DNA of 64,000 nucleotides, taken from assembly GCA_964439905.1 (NCBI GenBank), contig CAYTPK010000022.1, positions 90,258-154,257 on the forward strand, read 5' to 3'. This DNA comes from an uncultured Dehalococcoidia bacterium (lineage in GTDB: Bacteria; Chloroflexota; Dehalococcoidia; Lucifugimonadales; GCA-2712585). Positions within the stretch are counted from its first letter, which is position 1; every line of letters starts with the position of its first letter. The notes beneath the pieces were generated by a model, which worked only from the letters and a program-made list of their open reading frames with translations, made no database searches and was not told the origin of the DNA. The translations under genes and the position numbers were made by a program. Below, piece after piece: positions 58,902 to 64,000 of the stretch.

Positions 58902-58978
58902 AGTTTTGTTTGGGATTCTACTTCGGGAGTTAAGGGATATTTTGGGAATAAGGCATACTGCGATGGACTAATCTAGAC

Positions 58979-59776
58979 TCAATTCAATTGAATTCTAGTT
59001 CCCAAATTTTCCCCATCTATACATTGACGGAGAGCTCCTTGTTCCCTTCCATCTATTATATTTGCATGAGATAAACTTTCTGAAGCTTTTAGGCAGGCCT
59101 CTATCTTTGGTATCATTCCACCTTTCACAACGCCTGCTTCGATTAACATTCGAGCTTGTCGTTTGCTTAAACGTGGAATCAATCGTCCCGAGTTATCCAT
59201 GACTCCTGCTACGTCAGTAAGGAAAATTAATCTGGAGGCATTTAGGCTACTTGCCACATCACCAGTGACGGAGTCTCCGTTAATGTTCAATAGCGAACCC
59301 GACAATTCAGAACCATCCATTGAGTGGAATCCAATCGGTGCGATCAGAGGCATGAAGCCTTTCGAAATTAGTGTATCCAGTACAATTGGATCTACAGAAA
59401 TTACCTCTCCAACAAGTCCCAGTTCTGGAGTTTCGGACAATTTGCACTTGAGTAGACCTCCATCGACCCCACTAATTCCTATTACATTTGCTTTTAAAGA
59501 AAGGAGTGAGGCAACTAATTGTTTGTTTATAAGTCCGGTAAGAACTGCGGTTACTATCTCTAAGCTTTGCGAATCCGTTACACGGTTCCCACGCACAAAT
59601 TGAGGTAAAACGCCCTGTCGTTCCATCCATTGGCTAATCACTTTGCCGCCACCATGGACAATTACGATAGGGTAACCTTCCTTTTGTAGGTTGGCTAAAT
59701 CTTTAAGTGTTGTGTCGTGATCACCTAGGGTACTACCACCTATCTTTATGACGATAGGACCATTCACTTTGTTCAT
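58979..59776 (-). CDS. argB: Acetylglutamate kinase
   Basis: 265 aa. Contains VIKIGGS, VHGGG and INGDSVTG (the NAG kinase NxDxxAG-type motif), plus FLTDVAGV. Confidence 0.92.
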   Translation of the reverse strand: MNKVNGPIVIKIGGSTLGDHDTTLKDLANLQKEGYPIVIVHGGGKVISQWMERQGVLPQFVRGNRVTDSQSLEIVTAVLTGLINKQLVASLLSLKANVIGISGVDGGLLKCKLSETPELGLVGEVISVDPIVLDTLISKGFMPLIAPIGFHSMDGSELSGSLLNINGDSVTGDVASSLNASRLIFLTDVAGVMDNSGRLIPRLSKRQARMLIEAGVVKGGMIPKIEACLKASESLSHANIIDGREQGALRQCIDGENLGTRIQLN

Positions 59777-59784
59777 TTTATGGC

Positions 59785-61002
59785 TTACGTAGTGTAGGCA
59801 GAGTTGAAGGTGACGTATTCTTCACTTAAGTTACAGCCCCAGGCCGTAGCGCTTTCACTGCCCAAGTTTAGATTAAGTCGAATTGCCACCTCTTCTCCAG
59901 ACATGATAGCTACGACTGAGTCTCGCGGAAATGGTGTAGGTATGCCAGATTCCATTATGCATATATCGTTTATGTAGAGGCCTATTTTTTCTTCTATGAT
60001 TTCGCATTTACTTCTGCCCAAAGCGGCTACTATCCTGCCCCAGTTGGGGTCATTGCCATGTATAGCCGTCTTTACTAGGGTGGAGCTGGCTACAGTGATA
60101 GCACCGCTTCGAGCTTCCTCCATCGAATTCGCTCCTTCCACCTTAACTTCAATTATTTTGTTGGCACCTTCCCCATCTCTTACAATCTCTTTAGCCAAAA
60201 ATATGCAAACTTGATCTAGTGACTCTTGAAGTAGAGTCTGTTCTGGAGATCCCTCTAATATTTTCGAGCAACCTGATTCACCGTTTGCAAACACTAGAAC
60301 CGTATCGTTTGTGCTAGAGTCTCCGTCTATAGTGATCATATTGAAAGATTGATCTACAGATTTATTAGCCATCGTTCTTAGGAGGTCTGGAGAAATATCT
60401 GCGTCCGTTGTAATAAACGCTAACATCGTGGCCATATTGGGATGAATCATTCCAGATCCCTTGGAAATTCCTCCAACCGTTATAAATTTTTCTCCATGCT
60501 TGAAACTAAAAGCTATCTCTTTAGTTCGTGTATCCGTGGTAATGATAGCTTGGGCCAGGCCGTGCCCTCCGTCTTCTTTTTGTACTATGCGGTCTATTCC
60601 AGTCTTGATTAAGGATACCGGAAGCTCTACTCCTATTAGTCCTGTACTGCAGATAAGGACATCGTCTTTGTCTAGGCCAAGGTGATCTGAAACCTTTTTG
60701 GTGATATCGCTAGCATCTATGTAGCCTTGATGTCCGACGCAAGCGTTTGCTATACCGCTATTGATAACCAAGGCTTGAGCACGACCGTTCATAGTTCGTT
60801 CTTGGTCCAAGGTGACTGAGTGCGATTTAAGTTTGTTTAGAGTATAGAATCCGGCTACAGAGCAAGGAGAGACAGACATTAAAATACCAAGGTCTAGCTT
60901 ATCTTCTGCGTAGGTCTTGAGCCCTACAAACGTTGACCCTGCTGTAAATCCTTTCGGGCTAGTAATAGTGCCTTGGTCTAATTTTGTTAGTCCTGAAATC
61001 AT
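59785..61002 (-). CDS. argJ: Bifunctional ornithine acetyltransferase/N-acetylglutamate synthase ArgJ (core; the ORF stays open upstream to 61200)
   Basis: The core begins MISGLTKLDQGTITSPKGF at the ATG at 61002, preceded by AAGGAA. The autoprocessing site is ATMLAFITTDA and the C-terminus is EYVTFNSAYTT. The same frame continues 66 codons upstream and includes a CxxC...CxxC motif. Confidence 0.9.
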   Translation of the reverse strand: MISGLTKLDQGTITSPKGFTAGSTFVGLKTYAEDKLDLGILMSVSPCSVAGFYTLNKLKSHSVTLDQERTMNGRAQALVINSGIANACVGHQGYIDASDITKKVSDHLGLDKDDVLICSTGLIGVELPVSLIKTGIDRIVQKEDGGHGLAQAIITTDTRTKEIAFSFKHGEKFITVGGISKGSGMIHPNMATMLAFITTDADISPDLLRTMANKSVDQSFNMITIDGDSSTNDTVLVFANGESGCSKILEGSPEQTLLQESLDQVCIFLAKEIVRDGEGANKIIEVKVEGANSMEEARSGAITVASSTLVKTAIHGNDPNWGRIVAALGRSKCEIIEEKIGLYINDICIMESGIPTPFPRDSVVAIMSGEEVAIRLNLNLGSESATAWGCNLSEEYVTFNSAYTT

Positions 61003-61273
61003 GTGTATTTCCTTAGTAACGGTTTGTTCTGTCGGGTTTTGTGGCAGTAAAGGGTATGGTTTCTGACAGTTCCCGCATTTCTTAGGATTTTCTACACGGG
61101 GAAAAAATTGATACCCGCAGTGCTTGCAACCACGCTTTTCCATAGTTCGCGATATATTACAACATGTTGTAGTAATCGTCAATCTGGCAATTCCATTCAA
61201 TGACTAGAAGAAGGTGGAGGGATGGCTTATGATTGATTCTATTCTATTAATGTTTGTGCTGGAGATAGAGTAG

Positions 61274-61918
61274 ATGATCAGCATTATAGGTGGTACCGGA
61301 TCAGAGGGCCGAGGCTTGGCAATTAGATTAGTTGTTGCTGGTAACGAAGTTATGTTGGGATCTAGGAACAAAAATCGTGCTGATATGGCTGCAGAAGAGA
61401 TTCGACGAATGTGTCCCGGGGCCAAGGTAACGGGTGCAACCAATTTAGATGCAGCACGTAAGGGCAATGTAGTATTCCTGGTGGTGCCATTCGCGAGCCA
61501 GATGGATATTTTGTCAGAGCTCAAGGTGTATTTAGCAGATAAGTTGGTAGTTACCGCAATAGTACCCCTTAAATTTCAGGCAGGACGTGCTATCTATATG
61601 GATGTTCCCGAAGGTTCAGCGGCTGCTCAGGCTCAAAAAGTACTTTCTACTTCCAAGGTAGTGGCGGCTTTTCAAAACCTTAGCGCCCACGATTTGATCA
61701 ATCACACTAACGACATAGAAGGTGATGTTGTTGTATGTTCAGATGATAGCGATGCTAGAAGACTAGTAATGGAAATGGTGGGCACTATTCCTTTGCTTCG
61801 GGGTATAGATGGGGGAGAGCTTGAAAATGCCAAATATGTCGAACAACTAACAGTATTGCTTCTGAACATCAATAGAAATTACAAAGCTAATGCGAGCATC
61901 AAATTGATTGGTATGTAA
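61274..61918 (+). CDS. npdG: NADPH-dependent F420 reductase
   Basis: 214 aa. IIGGTGSEGRGLAIRLVVAGNEVMLGSRNKNRA and the overall length are typical of NpdG/Fno. Confidence 0.8.
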   Translation: MISIIGGTGSEGRGLAIRLVVAGNEVMLGSRNKNRADMAAEEIRRMCPGAKVTGATNLDAARKGNVVFLVVPFASQMDILSELKVYLADKLVVTAIVPLKFQAGRAIYMDVPEGSAAAQAQKVLSTSKVVAAFQNLSAHDLINHTNDIEGDVVVCSDDSDARRLVMEMVGTIPLLRGIDGGELENAKYVEQLTVLLLNINRNYKANASIKLIGM

Positions 61919-61930
61919 ACGTATTAGGAT

Positions 61931-61962
61931 TTGACATGGTTTTGATTTAATGTGAATATGAT
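61931..61962 (+). promoter_or_regulatory. Candidate promoter driving the TPP riboswitch leader
   Basis: TTGACA at 61931-61936. A 17-nt spacer ends in TGT and is followed by GAATAT (61954-61959). TATGAT at 61957-61962 is an alternative -10. Confidence 0.35.
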
Positions 61963-61984
61963 CGACTAGAGTAGCAAGATTTGT

Positions 61985-62082
61985 CCTGTAGGGGAGCTCG
62001 GAGAGCCGGGCTGAGAGGGCGGACCTAAATTCCGCTGACCCTTGCGAACCTGATCTGGGTAATTCCAGCGGAGGAAGCCATG
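61985..62082 (+). promoter_or_regulatory. TPP (THI-box) riboswitch aptamer
   Basis: The conserved THI-element blocks are present: GGGGAGC..., CUGAGA (62011-62016), ACCCUU, and GAACCUGAUCUGGGUAAUUCCAGCGGAGGAAG (62046-62077). Confidence 0.85.
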
Positions 62083-62102
62083 ATGTTTGCGATAATATTA
62101 AG

Positions 62103-62137
62103 AACCGCCTTTGTTAACAAAACAGGGCGGTTTTTTT
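62103..62137 (+). terminator. Intrinsic terminator (riboswitch expression platform)
   Basis: The stem AACCGCC (62103-62109) pairs with GGCGGTT (62126-62132), followed by a run of seven T (62131-62137). It lies between the aptamer and the ATPase start codon. Confidence 0.7.
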
Positions 62138-62146
62138 CATGAGAAC

Positions 62147-62911
62147 ATGAAACTCGAAGTCCGTAATCTAGAAAAACGGTTTAGAGATAATGGTACTTGC
62201 GTCGAAGTTTTAGACGGTGTAGATCTTGATGTAGGTGATGGTGAATTTGTTAGTGTGATAGGTCCAAGTGGATGTGGTAAAACTACTCTTTTGAATTGCA
62301 TTGCTGGACTAGAAGAGCCGGATACTGGATTGATTAAGATCGAAGGTGAGGAATCTCCATCAAGATTGGGAAGAGTAGGATATATGCCTCAAAAAGATCT
62401 ACTGTTTCCCTGGAGAACTGTTTTGGAAAACGCACTTATTGGTATGGAGGTTAGAGGCCATTCCCAGATCGAATCTCGTAAACAAGCCGGAGAGTTGATG
62501 GAGAGGTTTGGTCTAAATGGGTTTGAAGATAAAACCCCATCAGTTTTATCAGGAGGAATGCGGCAAAGAGTCGCCTTTATGAGAACTTTGATGACCGATC
62601 AGGAGTTAATAGTTCTGGATGAACCTTTTGGTGCACTTGATGCCTTCACCCGACATCAGATGCAGGAGTGGTTGGTGGATATTTGGGGTTCGATGGGTAA
62701 AACCATTATTCTCATTACTCATGATATCGATGAGGCGTTACTTCTTTCAGATAAGGTCTTCGTTTTAACAGTTCGACCAGCCTCGGTTAAATTGATTGTG
62801 AACGTTCCACTTCCCCGACCACGACGTTATAGGATGGTTACGGATATGGCGTTTATTGCGTTAAAGGAGCAATTGATACAAGCGCTTTGGGACTCCGAGG
62901 TCAAAGAGTGA
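62147..62911 (+). CDS. ABC transporter ATP-binding protein (NitT/TauT family; ThiZ-like)
   Basis: I set the start at the ATG at 62147 (MKLEVRNLEKRF), because the listed TTG at 62111 lies inside the terminator hairpin. Contains GPSGCGKTT, LSGGMRQR and LDEPFGALD. Confidence 0.88.
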   Translation: MKLEVRNLEKRFRDNGTCVEVLDGVDLDVGDGEFVSVIGPSGCGKTTLLNCIAGLEEPDTGLIKIEGEESPSRLGRVGYMPQKDLLFPWRTVLENALIGMEVRGHSQIESRKQAGELMERFGLNGFEDKTPSVLSGGMRQRVAFMRTLMTDQELIVLDEPFGALDAFTRHQMQEWLVDIWGSMGKTIILITHDIDEALLLSDKVFVLTVRPASVKLIVNVPLPRPRRYRMVTDMAFIALKEQLIQALWDSEVKE

Positions 62912-62922
62912 CCAAATTCATT

Positions 62923-63744
62923 ATGAAGATATCCTCCTATTTAAAACAGGAAGACGGTTTTGCAATTACTCGTATAGATGTTAGTCGCTTGGCCTGGTAT
63001 CTAATTCCACCGGGCATAATTATCTCGGTGTTTGGAATTTGGGAGATAATTGTAAGTGTACTGGATGTTCCAGTTTGGTTATTGCCAGCCCCATCCGATG
63101 TTATCGTTGAGGTAATAGAAAACTATTCCTTGCTTTGGGATCATACCTTTGTAACGCTAAAGGAAGTCGTGTTTGGATTTCTCGTAGCCTTGACGGTTGG
63201 TTTGGCTTTGTCTTTTTGCATGGTATTCTCACGGGCAATTGAGCGGACTGTTTACCCATTCGTTGTTGGTTCACAGACAATTCCTATAATAGCGATTGCT
63301 CCATTGTTGCTTATTTGGGTTGGATATGGAATTGCCCCCAAAATCATAGTTGTTGCTCTTATTTCATTCTTTCCAATAGTTGTGAATACTATGGATGGAT
63401 TTAAGGCAGTCGATGCCGACGCAATAAACATGATGCGTACTTTTGGAGGAACTCGATGGCAAATATTTACCAAACTACAACTGCCAAACTCATTACCTTA
63501 TATGTTCACTGGTATGAAAATAGCTATTGTTGTTAGTGTTATAGGAGCTGTAATTGGTGAGTGGGTTGGAGCCAGTGAAGGGTTAGGATATTTGATGACT
63601 AGATCTATACCACAATTCCAGACAGATAGGGTTTTCGCTGCAATGTTTATTCTTTCTTGCCTAGGGATTGTTCTTTTTCTTTCAGTAATAGCGTTGCGAC
63701 GAATTGTTGTGCCATGGCATCAATCGGAGGGATATAAACCTTGA
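62923..63744 (+). CDS. ABC transporter permease (ThiX-like)
   Basis: The ATG at 62923 (MKISSYL) lies just after the ATPase stop. The protein is polytopic and has a binding-protein-dependent-transport EAA-like loop ([25 protein letters not shown]). Confidence 0.85.
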   Translation: MKISSYLKQEDGFAITRIDVSRLAWYLIPPGIIISVFGIWEIIVSVLDVPVWLLPAPSDVIVEVIENYSLLWDHTFVTLKEVVFGFLVALTVGLALSFCMVFSRAIERTVYPFVVGSQTIPIIAIAPLLLIWVGYGIAPKIIVVALISFFPIVVNTMDGFKAVDADAINMMRTFGGTRWQIFTKLQLPNSLPYMFTGMKIAIVVSVIGAVIGEWVGASEGLGYLMTRSIPQFQTDRVFAAMFILSCLGIVLFLSVIALRRIVVPWHQSEGYKP

Positions 63745-63766
63745 TAGTTATGAATGGAGTAAAAAA

Positions 63767-64000
63767 ATGAGATTGACCACGATTATCTGGCTACTTGTAT
63801 CATGTTCTATATGGATCTTCTTAATTGGATGCGAAGCTCGTTCTGGTACTGATCAAGAGGAAATGAAACAAATTAGCTTGGCATTGGACTGGTTCCCCAA
63901 TGCTAATCACGCAGGCCTATTTTTAGCCATTGAGAAAGGATATTTTGAAGAGGAAGGGCTAGAGGTTTCAGTCTATACCCCTGAGGATCCCGCATCCATT
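63767..64000 (+). CDS. NMT1/THI5-like periplasmic substrate-binding lipoprotein (ThiY-like), 5' part only
   Basis: The ATG at 63767 follows GGAG. The translation is [24 protein letters not shown]..., with an LIGC lipobox, followed by [23 protein letters not shown], which is typical of NMT1/ThiY binding proteins. The gene runs off the right edge. Confidence 0.75.
   Translation, partial: MRLTTIIWLLVSCSIWIFLIGCEARSGTDQEEMKQISLALDWFPNANHAGLFLAIEKGYFEEEGLEVSVYTPEDPASI

Noticed and set aside
61003-61143. The idea that the Zn-ribbon upstream of argJ is a LysW/ArgW amino-group carrier protein.
   Set aside because: It has no acidic C-terminal EDWGE-type tail and no stop codon separating it from ArgJ. 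The cluster also uses the acetyl cycle (argJ/argB/argD) rather than LysW-dependent enzymes.
61204-61524. A 106-aa minus-strand ORF spanning the argJ-npdG intergenic region and the npdG 5' end.
   Set aside because: It overlaps the well-supported npdG on the opposite strand, has a low-complexity composition, and has no Shine-Dalgarno sequence.
62111-62146. The TTG start listed for the ABC ATPase ORF.
   Set aside because: It falls in the loop and 3' arm of the riboswitch terminator. The ATG at 62147 gives the canonical MKLEVRNLEKRF ABC N-terminus.
1-64000. A scan for CRISPR arrays, IS elements, integrases, prophage genes, and rRNA or tRNA genes.
   Set aside because: I recognised no regularly spaced direct repeats, transposase or integrase ORFs, or structured RNA gene signatures anywhere in the window.

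Overview
This is a gene-dense chromosomal window with about 60 protein-coding genes. I saw no rRNA, tRNA, CRISPR array, transposase or integrase. The gene content suggests a streamlined Chloroflexota genome (Dehalococcoidia or SAR202-like). That call is inference only, resting on an 11-subunit nuo operon without nuoEFG, a type-E succinate dehydrogenase, yloV/degV, an F420 reductase, and many amidase, amidohydrolase and MFS paralogs. GC looks moderately low by eye; I did not compute it.

Layout, left to right:
- Two tandem amidases with a small GatC/AtzG-like ORF, then an alpha/beta hydrolase, a Zn-ADH and nfo.
- A selB, nurA-like, orphan, herA-like gene string, followed by ychF.
- holA, then nuoABCDHIJK, an extra small ORF, nuoLMN, and nadK plus a Nudix gene.
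- sdhA, sdhB and an HdrB-like sdhE.
- A HemL-like aminotransferase, mdh, a 462-aa orphan, lexA, rpsT, relA/spoT and hisS.
- A mixed block of three MFS transporters, an MDR dehydrogenase, an IMPase, trpS and an amidohydrolase.
- argS, recG, degV, yloV, rpmB and rpe.
- An argH-argG-argD-(tyrosine phosphatase)-argB-argJ cluster.
- An F420 reductase, then a TPP riboswitch with terminator controlling a thiZ/X/Y-like ABC importer.

The most interesting candidates are:
- the three-gene NurA-like / orphan barrel protein / HerA-like ATPase module (4905-8465);
- a DUF2007-like ORF inserted inside the nuo operon;
- an in-frame zinc-ribbon extension on ArgJ;
- the AtzG/AtzE-like amidase arrangement.

All functional calls come from motifs read by eye in the supplied translations. 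No database search was run.
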